Source: Candidatus Thermosaccharophagus tengchongensis
Lineage (GTDB): Bacteria > Armatimonadota > Fervidibacteria > Fervidibacterales > Thermosaccharophagaceae
Direction: 5' to 3' (one strand)
Length of the DNA stretch: 64,000 bases
Assembly (NCBI GenBank): GCA_032161105.1
Contig: JAVHTD010000002.1
The translations under genes and the position numbers were made by a program. Positions 30,798 to 40,506 of the stretch are shown one piece after another. The notes under the pieces are model-generated. The model was not told the DNA's origin. It ran no database searches and saw nothing but the letters and a program-made list of their open reading frames with translations. How positions within the stretch are numbered: position 1 is the first letter of the stretch; every line of letters starts with the position of its first letter.

Positions 30798-31559
30798 ATG
30801 AAGGCGATCGTGCTCGCCGCCGGATACGCAACGAGGCTTTATCCACTCACCCTGAATAAGGCGAAGCCGCTGCTCACCGTTGCCGGTAGACCAATGATTG
30901 AGCATGTGCTGATGCGCATTGCGCCGCTTGACCAAGTTGATGAAGTGCACATTGTTACGAACGATCGCTTCTATCACGACTTCGCTTCATGGCTCAATTC
31001 CTTTTCCCCATCGTTTTGCAAGCGCTTGGTGCTCCACAACGATGGGACAAGGAACAACGATGAGCGCAGGGGCGCAATTGGCGACATGGAGCTCGTAATC
31101 ACCTCAAGCAGCATTGGTGAGGATTGCCTCATTGTGGCTGGCGATAACCTTTTTGACTTTGACCTGCGTGGGTTTGCTCAGTTCGCAATTGAACATGGCA
31201 CGACGGTGGGACTATACAGGGTGGGCGATCCCGAATTGGTGAAGCGATACAGCGTCGTTGAGCTTGATGAGGCGGGTCGCATCATCCACTTTGAGGAGAA
31301 GCCGAAACACCCGCAAACGGACCTTGTTGCAATATGCCTTTACATCCTCAAGCACGAACATCTTCGCTTGATAAGCAACTACCTTGCCGATGGGTTGCCA
31401 AAGGACGAACCCGGCTACTTCATCCAATGGCTGCATAAGCGAGTTGATGTTTACGGCTATCCGTTCACCGGAATTTGGTTTGACATCGGAGACCATGAAA
31501 GCCTGCGTCGTGCTGATGAGGTTTTCAGGACACTCTCGGTGGAAGGTGGGATGCGGTAA
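30798..31559 (+). CDS. Sugar-1-phosphate nucleotidyltransferase family protein
   Basis: MKAIVLAAGYATRLYPLT..KPLL, AGDNLF, FEEKP and WFDIG. Confidence 0.9.
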   Translation: MKAIVLAAGYATRLYPLTLNKAKPLLTVAGRPMIEHVLMRIAPLDQVDEVHIVTNDRFYHDFASWLNSFSPSFCKRLVLHNDGTRNNDERRGAIGDMELVITSSSIGEDCLIVAGDNLFDFDLRGFAQFAIEHGTTVGLYRVGDPELVKRYSVVELDEAGRIIHFEEKPKHPQTDLVAICLYILKHEHLRLISNYLADGLPKDEPGYFIQWLHKRVDVYGYPFTGIWFDIGDHESLRRADEVFRTLSVEGGMR

Positions 31560-32577
31560 CATCTTCCAAGTCCCAGACTGCAACTGCATCAACATCCAAC
31601 CCGGCTGTTAGCCCCCTTTCAAGCCTGTAATATCCAGCGCAAGCTATCATTGCAGCATTATCTGTGCACAGTGCGATTGGTGGTATGACGAGCTTTATCC
31701 CGTAGCGTGATGCGAGCTCACCCATCCTTTGGCGCAACCTGCTGTTTGCCGCAACGCCGCCGACAACCGCTAACACATCCGCTTCGGTCATTTGTATTGC
31801 GCGCTCAGTTTGCTGTATGAGCATGTCCACAACGGCTTCTTGGAAGCTCGCGGCGATGTCGGCGACGGTGCATTTAGAGGCATCCTTTATGACATGGGCA
31901 TCACCGTATCCCTCAACGAACCGCACGACCGCCGTTTTCAACCCGGCAAAACTGAAGTCAAGCGATTCACCCATGTCGGCACGCGGGAAGGCAACCGCGT
32001 TTGGGTTGCCATTTGATGCAGCCCTGTCAATTGCGGGACCACCGGGGAAGCCCAATCCGAGCACCCTCGCAACCTTGTCAAATGCCTCTCCAGCAGCGTC
32101 ATCCCTTGTGCGCCCGAGGACTTCATATTGCCCGAGGTCGCGCGCATACACGAGTTCGGAGTGCCCGCCGGAAATGATCAGGCAAAGGAATGGGAAGTTA
32201 AGCTCGTCATCGGAGAGGAAAGCCGAGAGCATGTGCCCTTCAAGATGGTTGACTGGTATCAACGGCTTATCAAGTGCAGCGCATATAGCCTTTGCGACTG
32301 CCAATCCAACCGCAAGCGAGGTTATCAGCCCGGGTCCGCATGTGACAGCTATGCCGCTAACGCTATCAAGCCTCACAGAGGCTTCCTTCAGTGCCAAATC
32401 AAGTGCCGGAAATATGAGCTCCACATGCTTCCGCGAAGCTATCTCCGGGACGATGCCACCAAAGTGCTTGTGCCATTTGGTTTGCGAGCACACGATGTTT
32501 GAAAGTATTGTCCGCCCATCGCGCACAAGCGCAACGGATGTCTCATCGCAGGATGTTTCAATTCCGAGCACAATCAT
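31525..32577 (-). CDS. tsaD: tRNA N6-threonylcarbamoyltransferase
   Basis: MIVLGIETSCDET, VNHLEGH, SGGH, DDAAGEAFDK and CTDNAAMIA. Confidence 0.97.
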   Translation of the reverse strand: MIVLGIETSCDETSVALVRDGRTILSNIVCSQTKWHKHFGGIVPEIASRKHVELIFPALDLALKEASVRLDSVSGIAVTCGPGLITSLAVGLAVAKAICAALDKPLIPVNHLEGHMLSAFLSDDELNFPFLCLIISGGHSELVYARDLGQYEVLGRTRDDAAGEAFDKVARVLGLGFPGGPAIDRAASNGNPNAVAFPRADMGESLDFSFAGLKTAVVRFVEGYGDAHVIKDASKCTVADIAASFQEAVVDMLIQQTERAIQMTEADVLAVVGGVAANSRLRQRMGELASRYGIKLVIPPIALCTDNAAMIACAGYYRLERGLTAGLDVDAVAVWDLEDVTASHLPPRVS

Positions 32578-32644
32578 CTCGCCGCTCCCCTTCGCCTTGC
32601 GCGCTCTGTGGCTCGTATGGCATGCGTGGCGGGAGCTCGTTGAG

Positions 32645-33235
32645 CTATCGCTTTGAGATCCTCCTGAGTATGGAGCGCAGGCGGTCATAGTCTTCCTTGA
32701 TGATGCGAGATAATTCTTTCCCCATGGCGACAAGATATGCATGGTCATAATCGTGAGCCCTCCATGCATACCTGCAGACGGCTATGAGCAACTCATCCCT
32801 TACTCCCTTTGCAGATGTTGAGATGAGACGGAGGTAATCAAACTCGTCGGTGAATTGCCTGACCTCTTCAACCTCGCATTCGTAGACGAAGCTGTGCAGC
32901 TTTGGCGGCACCGGCGGAAGCTCCTGCCTTACAACATCGTCCATTTCATAGCCCACTATCAGTCCCTTAAAGTCCGTCTTGAGCAGCTCAAAAATTTGCG
33001 GCTGTTCCTCACGCAGCTCCTCCTCGGTCTTCCCGTATGCCATCGGGCGGCGCATTGGGTCAACGCTGTGCGTGATTATCTCGTAAACGAACGCGTAAAT
33101 TGGCGGCTGTGATTCAACGCGAACGAGTGAGCCAAATGGCGGTGAAGCATGCAGCTCTCGGCATTGCGCCACAAACTCAGTTGTGCAGCTCTCAATAACT
33201 TCACCGATGTGAAGCGAAGCTTTGCTCACCCTCAT
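32645..33235 (-). CDS. Conserved hypothetical protein, HAS-barrel-like (HerA/NurA-associated type)
   Basis: IGEVIESCTTEFVAQC...PPFGSLV...RRPMAYG...EQPQIFELL...PPKLHSFV resembles stand-alone HAS-barrel proteins. Recognised from memory. Confidence 0.6.
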   Translation of the reverse strand: MRVSKASLHIGEVIESCTTEFVAQCRELHASPPFGSLVRVESQPPIYAFVYEIITHSVDPMRRPMAYGKTEEELREEQPQIFELLKTDFKGLIVGYEMDDVVRQELPPVPPKLHSFVYECEVEEVRQFTDEFDYLRLISTSAKGVRDELLIAVCRYAWRAHDYDHAYLVAMGKELSRIIKEDYDRLRSILRRISKR

Positions 33236-33471
33236 AGTGAGCTTGCACCTCATCAGCAGCCCACATGATGGCAATGCATCCAATTACACTTTTGGAGTGG
33301 CGCTAATTGCAAACCCCCTCTCCGTGCATCTTTAAAACAGCTTTGATTGTGAGCTTCTTTAACCATTCGTCGGAGCGATTGTAAGCTGTCATCCGGTTAC
33401 GAGCATTATGTTCGGCAGGTTGCTCATCCATAACCGCAGTTATAGCCAGTGGTTCAGGGTTAGCTTGTGTT

Positions 33472-33906
33472 TTATTCGTCCGAAGATGTGCCGTCATTTC
33501 CTGCGCATTGATTTTGATGCTCCGAAGCCTTCTTAACTATTGATTGGAGCATGCTGCGTGCTAAGTCTTCGTAAATGCGCTCACGGAAGCGCATCCTGTT
33601 CTTATACAGCAGGTGAGCGTCAATGAGCAGGAGGAAGAAGAGCGCCACCGTCAGTAGGAGACAGCATATCCAAAACCACAGTTCGCTTTCGGTTGACTTG
33701 AATTTAAACGCGCCAATCACGCTTCCAAAGAGCATGTTGAGTAGCGTAAGGAAGATTGCACCCACCATCATGCGCAGCGCAAATTGCCCCGCCGTGATGA
33801 CCGTCCTCTTGTGCCTGAAGTGATACACCTCAAGCACGATCGCAACCACTATCCCAACCTCAAACGCTATGATTATTGACGCAACCATTGGTTGGTTAAG
33901 TGACAA
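33472..33906 (-). CDS. Hypothetical membrane protein (3 predicted helices)
   Basis: Three hydrophobic segments followed by a charged amphipathic tail. Confidence 0.65.
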   Translation of the reverse strand: MSLNQPMVASIIIAFEVGIVVAIVLEVYHFRHKRTVITAGQFALRMMVGAIFLTLLNMLFGSVIGAFKFKSTESELWFWICCLLLTVALFFLLLIDAHLLYKNRMRFRERIYEDLARSMLQSIVKKASEHQNQCAGNDGTSSDE

Positions 33907-34148
33907 CCTTCATCGCCTTGCCTTTTCTTGGCATCCTCAACGGCTATTATACCTTGTGGTGCTTTGCAGCGAAAGGGCTTTTGCTGGCGATTTTGTTGAC
34001 TTCGTTTTTGGACAACGGACCCATCAGCATGAATCATGAAGGCTGCGAGGGCTCAGCACGCCGTGTGGCAAATCCTGTAACCAACATGCTCAAGCTCGCA
34101 TGATAGCGGCGCGCTGTTATGCCACCTCGCTGAGCGGTGTTTCATTCT

Positions 34149-35138
34149 TCATGCAATTCTCCAGGGCTCTCTCTTCCTGAACGGCTCTTTAAACTTGTTT
34201 TTGAGCTTGCCCTCCCTTTCAAGGTGAATCATGCACGCCCTGATGCAACCCCTTGCGCCCCCAATTGCTCCCAAGTGGTGAAAGATGGCTACGGAGCTTA
34301 CATTGTAGCCCACCTTCCTATACACCGTCTCAAATTCCGGTCTCGCATAGCCGCCGCTATCTCTCTCAATCTCCTCAAGCCTTATAGGCTCAAGCTCCCT
34401 CGGATAGAACGGGTTGAATTCTCTCACCCCACCGGTGTAGGCGAGTGCGCATCTTTCCTCATTCAACTCGCCCCACTCAAATTCCTTCCCGGCAATCCTC
34501 ACTTTAACCGTCTTGTCCGCGCTTATGGCTTTACCGGGGCATTCCTTCACACAGAGCATGCATCTATCGCATATTGGCGGACCATCGTAAATTGGGTCCG
34601 GCTCAAGCGGCGCGTCAGTGAGGATGAATGCAAGGCGCACCCTCGGACCAAACTCTGGCGTGAGCAGCAATTTGCTGTAACCGATCTCGCCCATGCCGCA
34701 TATAACTGCTGCAATGCGAAAATGGAGAAGCACATCAGGTGCGGGTCTATCTTGGGAGACTGGCACGCTTATCCCTGTTGGCTTGCCCAGAAGAATGTCC
34801 ACTGAGGAACCGATCACCATGTTCTGTATTGGCACCGCCTCGTAGCCTTCGTCCTCAATCATGCATGCAACTTGCCTGAGCACGGTTGGCGCAAAAATAA
34901 GGTTAATATGCGAGTAGCCCATTGACGGGTATGCTGCAAAGTAAGTTCCCTCCTCAATCCCGCGGAAGCATCCCCTCAGTATGCGAAAGCCGAAGCCTAT
35001 TATCGCCTTCGCCTCGGGAAAGATATACCGAGGGTCCATTTCTTTTGGTGCGCCATCAAACCTATCCATAGAACCAATCCCAACTATGTCTGCGCCGCAC
35101 CTTCTCGCAAACTCCTTCACCTTCTTCGCTGTCAGCAT
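34149..35138 (-). CDS. QueG/reductive-dehalogenase-like 4Fe-4S protein, paralog 3
   Basis: GADIVGIG, DPRYIFPEAKAII, AAVICGMGEIG...LTPEFGPRVRL..ILTDA, CDRCMLCVKECP and GCIRAC. Confidence 0.8.
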   Translation of the reverse strand: MLTAKKVKEFARRCGADIVGIGSMDRFDGAPKEMDPRYIFPEAKAIIGFGFRILRGCFRGIEEGTYFAAYPSMGYSHINLIFAPTVLRQVACMIEDEGYEAVPIQNMVIGSSVDILLGKPTGISVPVSQDRPAPDVLLHFRIAAVICGMGEIGYSKLLLTPEFGPRVRLAFILTDAPLEPDPIYDGPPICDRCMLCVKECPGKAISADKTVKVRIAGKEFEWGELNEERCALAYTGGVREFNPFYPRELEPIRLEEIERDSGGYARPEFETVYRKVGYNVSSVAIFHHLGAIGGARGCIRACMIHLEREGKLKNKFKEPFRKREPWRIA

Positions 35139-35193
35139 TTTCCCCACCCCCTGTTGAATGTCTTCACCCACTTGGGCTGTGAGGTGGTGTGGC

Positions 35194-36252
35194 TCACCTG
35201 CAACTCCTTGGCATAACTTTGTGTGGCAATAGCCATCTTTCCCTCCTGATGAATGCCCCGCCGTGGAATGTTTGCTCAATTCTCCCGAGGCGTTCCAAAT
35301 GATCAAAGCAGCTTCTCATACAGCCCCTTGAGCCACAAATTCCATAACTCCCACCAACTCCCCATTGCTGAATTTGTGCATGCCCTTCAATGACGAACCC
35401 GGATGGGTCTTCCTTTGTTTTCCGCCACGGCTGCGTGGAGAGCGTCCAACAAATCTTGTATGCCGTTTCCTCATCCACTTGTTGCCTGCGCACATCAAAT
35501 TCAAATCCGGGAAGGCTCTTGTGAATGAACGGTGACACTCTCGGGTCCGCACCATGATAGCTGAGCACGCATTTCCCGACATCAAGGTCAGCCCACTCGT
35601 AGACATATCCATCAATCTCTATGCGCACGCTCTTACCCTCGCGTATATGCGGTATGGCGTTGGCTGGGCATCCACGGACGCATTCCATGCACCTATCGCA
35701 AATGCTCCCCGGCTTGATGAGTTCATCGGGCTCAATTTCAAGGTCGGTCAGGATTGCAGCGAGCCTCTGGCGCGGACCAAACTGGCGCGTTAGGAAAACT
35801 TTTGACCAACCGATTTCGCCGAGCCCAGCCGCAGTTGCTGCAATTCTAATTGCAAGGTGCACATCAGGAGGGGGTGCTCCTTCTCGCAGCGGTTCATCTG
35901 GAGGTTGCGCCTCAGGAACACCGGGGTAATATGGCACAGCCTCATAGCCGTGGTCTTCAATGAAGCACGAAAGTTCGTAGACACCGAACGGTATGAAGAG
36001 CGTGTTCAAGAGACCGTGATATCCGAAGTATGTGTAGCTGAGCCAATTTGTCCCCTCCTCAATTCCCCTCCATGTGCCTCTGATGATTCTCCTTGCGACA
36101 ACGATGATGGAACGCACCTCAGGGAAAATGCTCGCTGGGTGCATATGCTTTGGCGCATTCGCAAACCGCTCAACATTCGCAACGCCGAGTAGGTCAAGCC
36201 CGCACGAGCGAGCGAATTCCACAAGCTGCCTTTTCGTTAATGCCCTTCCCAT
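35194..36252 (-). CDS. QueG/reductive-dehalogenase-like 4Fe-4S protein, paralog 2
   Basis: GLDLLGVA, HPASIFPEVRSII, AATAAGLGEIG...FGPRQRL, CDRCMECVRGCP and CGSRGCMRSC. Confidence 0.8.
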   Translation of the reverse strand: MGRALTKRQLVEFARSCGLDLLGVANVERFANAPKHMHPASIFPEVRSIIVVARRIIRGTWRGIEEGTNWLSYTYFGYHGLLNTLFIPFGVYELSCFIEDHGYEAVPYYPGVPEAQPPDEPLREGAPPPDVHLAIRIAATAAGLGEIGWSKVFLTRQFGPRQRLAAILTDLEIEPDELIKPGSICDRCMECVRGCPANAIPHIREGKSVRIEIDGYVYEWADLDVGKCVLSYHGADPRVSPFIHKSLPGFEFDVRRQQVDEETAYKICWTLSTQPWRKTKEDPSGFVIEGHAQIQQWGVGGSYGICGSRGCMRSCFDHLERLGRIEQTFHGGAFIRRERWLLPHKVMPRSCR

Positions 36253-36254
36253 TG

Positions 36255-37118
36255 TCAATCCTTCCCCTGCATAAGTTTGGGGCGACCTGACCAATCAGCC
36301 ACCCATGATGGGCGTTTCCTAAACGGGCTGGCAAAGGTTGAGGCTATCCTACCAACCCGCTCAAGGTGGTCAATGCAACTCCTCACGCAGATTGCGGCGA
36401 GGCGGTCTGGCAATCCGGCAGGGTGATACGGATTGGGCAAAGCGCCATTCTTGCAATACCTGCATGCATTGTAGTCAACCTGCGCCACCAACATAGTCTT
36501 CCCATAGATGGTGATCTCACTCTCGCCTCGCATTGCACCAAGTGGGCATGTGTTAGCGCACTCCATACACATGTCGCACACTTGGACCTCACAAATTGGA
36601 GTTGGCTCGAGTTCAGCATCAGTTAGTATGAGTTGCAACCGCTGCCTCGGTCCAAACTGCGGTGTTAGAAGTTCACCGCAGTAGCCTATTTCACCCAATC
36701 CGGCACGCACGGCTGCATCCTTAGCATCAACGATGACATTGGGCGGTGGCATGCCCGGTTTAACCGGAATGCCAGATGGCGGAATTTGCGGTGGGAGGTC
36801 TTGCAACGGGACGGCTTCCCAACCGTTGTCTTCCAAGAATGTTGAGATTGCGATAGTCGCCATAGCGAGCATCCTGTCTGTCAGCCAAGCTCTTCCATAC
36901 AGATTGAAGGCGGTAAAGTGGGTTCCCTCCTCAACACCGCGAAGCGAGCCACGCAGGATGCGCTTCCCTACGACGAGCACAGAACGAACTTCGGGAAAGA
37001 TAGACGCTGGGTGATGCTCAGGTGGAACATCACCAAACCTTTCAATCGGAGCAATGCCGAGCAGGTCAACCCTGTGTCCCTGGGCAAAGGACTTTAGTAG
37101 CGAGGTGAGGTGATGCAT
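36255..37118 (-). CDS. QueG/reductive-dehalogenase-like 4Fe-4S protein, paralog 1
   Basis: VDLLGIA, HPASIFPEVRSVL, AAVRAGLGEIG...FGPRQRL, CDMCMECANTCP, CRYC and CVRSC. Confidence 0.8.
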   Translation of the reverse strand: MHHLTSLLKSFAQGHRVDLLGIAPIERFGDVPPEHHPASIFPEVRSVLVVGKRILRGSLRGVEEGTHFTAFNLYGRAWLTDRMLAMATIAISTFLEDNGWEAVPLQDLPPQIPPSGIPVKPGMPPPNVIVDAKDAAVRAGLGEIGYCGELLTPQFGPRQRLQLILTDAELEPTPICEVQVCDMCMECANTCPLGAMRGESEITIYGKTMLVAQVDYNACRYCKNGALPNPYHPAGLPDRLAAICVRSCIDHLERVGRIASTFASPFRKRPSWVADWSGRPKLMQGKD

Positions 37119-37151
37119 ATTGATTCACCCCTGCCGCAGTGCAGTTGCCCA

Positions 37152-38156
37152 TCAGAGGGCGCTGTGGGGTGCAATAAGGCAATTGAACTTTGAGCATGAG
37201 TCCGAGGGATGGTGATTCAACCTGCTGAGGACTTTGCGGAAGGAAGCAGCCTTTGCGGCTATCACGGGGCACTCAACTTGCTCAATAGTTTGTTCGGCAA
37301 CGCTGCCCCAGAGGAAGCGAACAAGCCCGGTCCTCCCGTGGGTGCTCATCACTATCAGGTCAATGCCTTTGCGCTCGGCAAATGATGCTATCCCATCAGC
37401 GGCATGATGACATCGCACTACATGGATTGGTATTTCGTATCCATCGCCCATGCACTCTTTCACCCACTGCCTCAAGCCGTTGCTCACTATCCTCTCAAGT
37501 TCCTTTAGCGCTTCTCTTTCCCCAACTGACTCAATTAGTTCAACCACATGCAGCAGGTGTATCTGTGCGCCGAAGGCTTTTGCCAAGCACAAAGCGTAGT
37601 CAATTGCTGCCCTTGTTGCTGCCGAGAAGTCCGTTGGCACAAGTATTTGCTCGCACTTTGCTCCCGCACCAGATGGAGAGATTGCGGGCACAACCATGAC
37701 TGGGACTTGTGCGCCTTGCACTATTCGGGCGACAGTTGACCCAAGCAGATGTTCCTTAAGTGTGCGCATGCCCCTTGAGCCGAGAGCGATCAAGTCGGCG
37801 TGCACAAGCTCTGCATACTCAAGTATCTGAACGGCTGGCGAGCCAAGCAATAGAGCACCATCAGCCCTAAACCCAGATGAGCGCAATTGTTCCACTCGCT
37901 CATTCACTTGTTCGGTGAGTGTGCCTATGTGCGTGCTTTGTATCGCAGCGAGCGCTTGCGATAGCTCCCCCTCACTCCATCCCGAAAAGCCCCTCTCTTC
38001 GTAGTATTTGACCCAGTCGGGTGCGACATGTGTAACGGTTATGCTCGCATTAAATGTTTTTGCGAAGAGGAGTGCCCACTTAAGGGCTTTCTCAGCCGGT
38101 TGGGAAAAATCCGTTGCCCAAAGAATACGAGTTATCAAACATCCCACCTCCGGCAT
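37152..38156 (-). CDS. Tandem-domain universal stress protein
   Basis: Two USP domains: ILWATDFS...GSRG..LLGST and ILVPTDFS...MSTHGRTG..WGSVAE. Confidence 0.92.
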   Translation of the reverse strand: MPEVGCLITRILWATDFSQPAEKALKWALLFAKTFNASITVTHVAPDWVKYYEERGFSGWSEGELSQALAAIQSTHIGTLTEQVNERVEQLRSSGFRADGALLLGSPAVQILEYAELVHADLIALGSRGMRTLKEHLLGSTVARIVQGAQVPVMVVPAISPSGAGAKCEQILVPTDFSAATRAAIDYALCLAKAFGAQIHLLHVVELIESVGEREALKELERIVSNGLRQWVKECMGDGYEIPIHVVRCHHAADGIASFAERKGIDLIVMSTHGRTGLVRFLWGSVAEQTIEQVECPVIAAKAASFRKVLSRLNHHPSDSCSKFNCLIAPHSAL

Positions 38157-38214
38157 TCGACGGTGCTAAACTCTCCTCAAACCATTTTGGCAAACGCATT
38201 CAATGCTTCAAAGC

Positions 38215-39189
38215 CTATGAAGTGCTTGTGCTCTCCTCAACTTCGCCCTCGGGTTTGCTTTCCGATTCGCCGCATAGCCATAGCAGTCTCTCCCAAGCTC
38301 TATCCACTTCACGCTGTATCTCATCAATGATGTGTTCGTTTTGCGGCTCAAATAGGTGCCTGAAGCGCGCTTGCTTTTCAAGCCACACCCTGACTGGCAA
38401 TTTTTCCTTTGGGCGATATGTTAAGCGATACTTGCCATCAACGACTTCATACAGCGGCCAGAAGCATGTCTCCGTAGCCAACCTTGAGATTTCAATTGCT
38501 TCAGATGGTTCGTGTCCGTGCCCAAGATTGCAATCGCTGTAAATGATGAGGAGCGCTGGACCCTCCGTAGTTATTGCCTTTTCGGCTTTCGCTGTGAGGT
38601 CACGCCAGTATGCCGGATTAGCCTGCGCAACATACGGGATGTTATGGGCAACACCTATCGCCGCCAAGTCCTTTCTCGGATGAACTTTGCCCGGCATGAC
38701 CTTTCCTGCTGGTGTCGTGGTAGTGTATGCGCCTCTCGGGGTTGCGCTTGAGCGCTGTATCCCTGTGTTCATGTAAGCACCATTGTCGTAGCACACGAAG
38801 ACAATGTTATGCCTCCTCTCAAGCGCTCCTGAGAGTGCCTGCAACCCAATGTCATAAGTTCCACCGTCACCGGCTATGGCGATGAACTTTATCTCCCTGT
38901 CAATTTTCCCCCTGCGCTTCAGCGCATTGTATGCGGCTTCAACACCAGCAATCGTTGCGGCTGCGTTCTCAAAAGCGCTGTGTATCCATGGGACATTCCA
39001 AGCCGTGTCGGGGAAGATGGAGGTTGCAACCTCAACGCATCCGGTTGCGCATGCTATGACTACTGGGTATGGTGAGGAGAGAAGAACTTGGCGAAGCGAC
39101 ATTGCAGCTCCGCATCCGGCGCACATCCTATGTCCGCTTACGAGCACTGGCTTCCTCCTCGCCAATTCCCTTGCCGTTGGCATTTTCAC
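38215..39189 (-). CDS. porB: Pyruvate:ferredoxin oxidoreductase beta subunit (TPP-binding)
   Basis: GHRMCAGCG, ATGCVEV and GDGGTYDIG...YDNGAYMNTGIQRS. Confidence 0.93.
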   Translation of the reverse strand: MKMPTARELARRKPVLVSGHRMCAGCGAAMSLRQVLLSSPYPVVIACATGCVEVATSIFPDTAWNVPWIHSAFENAAATIAGVEAAYNALKRRGKIDREIKFIAIAGDGGTYDIGLQALSGALERRHNIVFVCYDNGAYMNTGIQRSSATPRGAYTTTTPAGKVMPGKVHPRKDLAAIGVAHNIPYVAQANPAYWRDLTAKAEKAITTEGPALLIIYSDCNLGHGHEPSEAIEISRLATETCFWPLYEVVDGKYRLTYRPKEKLPVRVWLEKQARFRHLFEPQNEHIIDEIQREVDRAWERLLWLCGESESKPEGEVEESTSTS

Positions 39190-39237
39190 AGCGCCTCCCT
39201 TTTGCGCCCTACATGCGGCGCAAATTAGCCGCTAAGC

Positions 39238-40461
39238 TCACGAGAATGTTATGCCAACCTTTGTCCTCAACCCAACCCATTGGATTGGCTCAACAAATTC
39301 GCCCCTTGCTGCTGCTTCAAGTTGCTTCAACATGTTCAAAACTTGTGCTACCGTTATGTCCCTTCCGCCGAGCCCGTAAATGTAGTTGACGACCTTGGGA
39401 CGCTTCTCAGATTCATACAAAGCCGCCTTTATGTCCGTAAACAATGGACCACCTTCACCGTTGAAACTTAGCGCCCTGTCCATCACGCCGATCGCCTTTT
39501 TGTCCTCAAGCACTTTCCTGACTGTTGCCCATGGGAACGGTCTATACATGCGAATCTTAAGCACACCGGCTTTGATTCCCTCCTTCCGAGCCACATCAAT
39601 TGCGGCTTTAACTGTCCCAGCTGCAGAGCCCATCGCTACAAGCGCAATCTCCGCATCCTCAAGCTCATATAGCTCAACGAGCCCATACGCCCTCCCAAAG
39701 CGGGTGTAAAATTCCTTTCCGACATCAAGCACCACTTCCGGCGCCCTGTTTATCGCCTCCCATTGAGAACGCTTATGCTCCATGTAAAACGGTGGCAGGT
39801 CAACTGGTCCAACTGTTATCGGGTTGTCAACATCAAGCACCGAATACAGCGGCTTAAGTTCCCCAACGAATTCCTTAACAGCTTCATCCGGCAAAACCTC
39901 CACTGGCTCAAGCGAGTGGCTCACCACAAACCCATCGAGGCAAACCATGACCGGAAGGTAAACAGTTTCGGCGATGCGCACCGCCTGTATCGTGTTGTCG
40001 TAAGCCTCTTGGGCGTTCTCCGAGTAGAGTTGTATCCAGCCCGAATCCCTTGCGCCCATTGCATCTGCGTGGTCGCAGTGGATGTTCAGGTTGGAATTCA
40101 ACGCCCTATTCGTAACAGCCATGACAATGGGCAGGCGAAGCGATGAAGCGATATAAAGCATCTCCCACATGAGCGCCAGACCTTGTGAGGCAGTTGATGT
40201 CATCGCCCTTGCTCCGGCCGCTGCTGCGCCTATGCATACGCTCATTGCGCTGTGTTCGCTCTCAACATAAACCATCTCGGTATCAACCAATCCGTCGGCG
40301 ACAAACTCGGCATATTTCTCAACGATGAGCGTTTGTGGCGTTATCGGGTATGCCGCGACTACATCCGGGTTTATTTGGCGCATGGCTTCGGCGACTGCAT
40401 CATCGCCTATCAAACCCCTTACCTGCCCACGAATTGGGGTGCCGACTTTTGTGCTGCCCAT
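39238..40461 (-). CDS. porA: Pyruvate:ferredoxin oxidoreductase alpha subunit
   Basis: AAYPITPQT, VESEHSA and TASQGL. GGAGGAGG RBS before ATG 40461. Confidence 0.93.
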   Translation of the reverse strand: MGSTKVGTPIRGQVRGLIGDDAVAEAMRQINPDVVAAYPITPQTLIVEKYAEFVADGLVDTEMVYVESEHSAMSVCIGAAAAGARAMTSTASQGLALMWEMLYIASSLRLPIVMAVTNRALNSNLNIHCDHADAMGARDSGWIQLYSENAQEAYDNTIQAVRIAETVYLPVMVCLDGFVVSHSLEPVEVLPDEAVKEFVGELKPLYSVLDVDNPITVGPVDLPPFYMEHKRSQWEAINRAPEVVLDVGKEFYTRFGRAYGLVELYELEDAEIALVAMGSAAGTVKAAIDVARKEGIKAGVLKIRMYRPFPWATVRKVLEDKKAIGVMDRALSFNGEGGPLFTDIKAALYESEKRPKVVNYIYGLGGRDITVAQVLNMLKQLEAAARGEFVEPIQWVGLRTKVGITFS

Positions 40462-40506
40462 GGCAACCTCCTCCGTCAGCATTTTGCTTAACCACTATTT
40501 GCGCCA

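Noticed and set aside
31817..32656. Long antisense ORFs (this one, and e.g. 34137-34805, 14661-15332, 21137-21757, 56909-57481)
   Set aside because: Each lies opposite a confidently identified gene and shows no protein motif; these are typical shadow ORFs.
33303..33497. 64-aa minus-strand ORF between the membrane protein and HAS-barrel-like genes
   Set aside because: No clear RBS or motif, and it overlaps the upstream gene end; cannot be supported.
34149..37118. Calling the triad respiratory reductive dehalogenases (rdhA) or queG
   Set aside because: No Tat leader, no rdhB, shorter than typical RdhA, and the second cluster motif matches neither family exactly, so no gene symbol is assigned.
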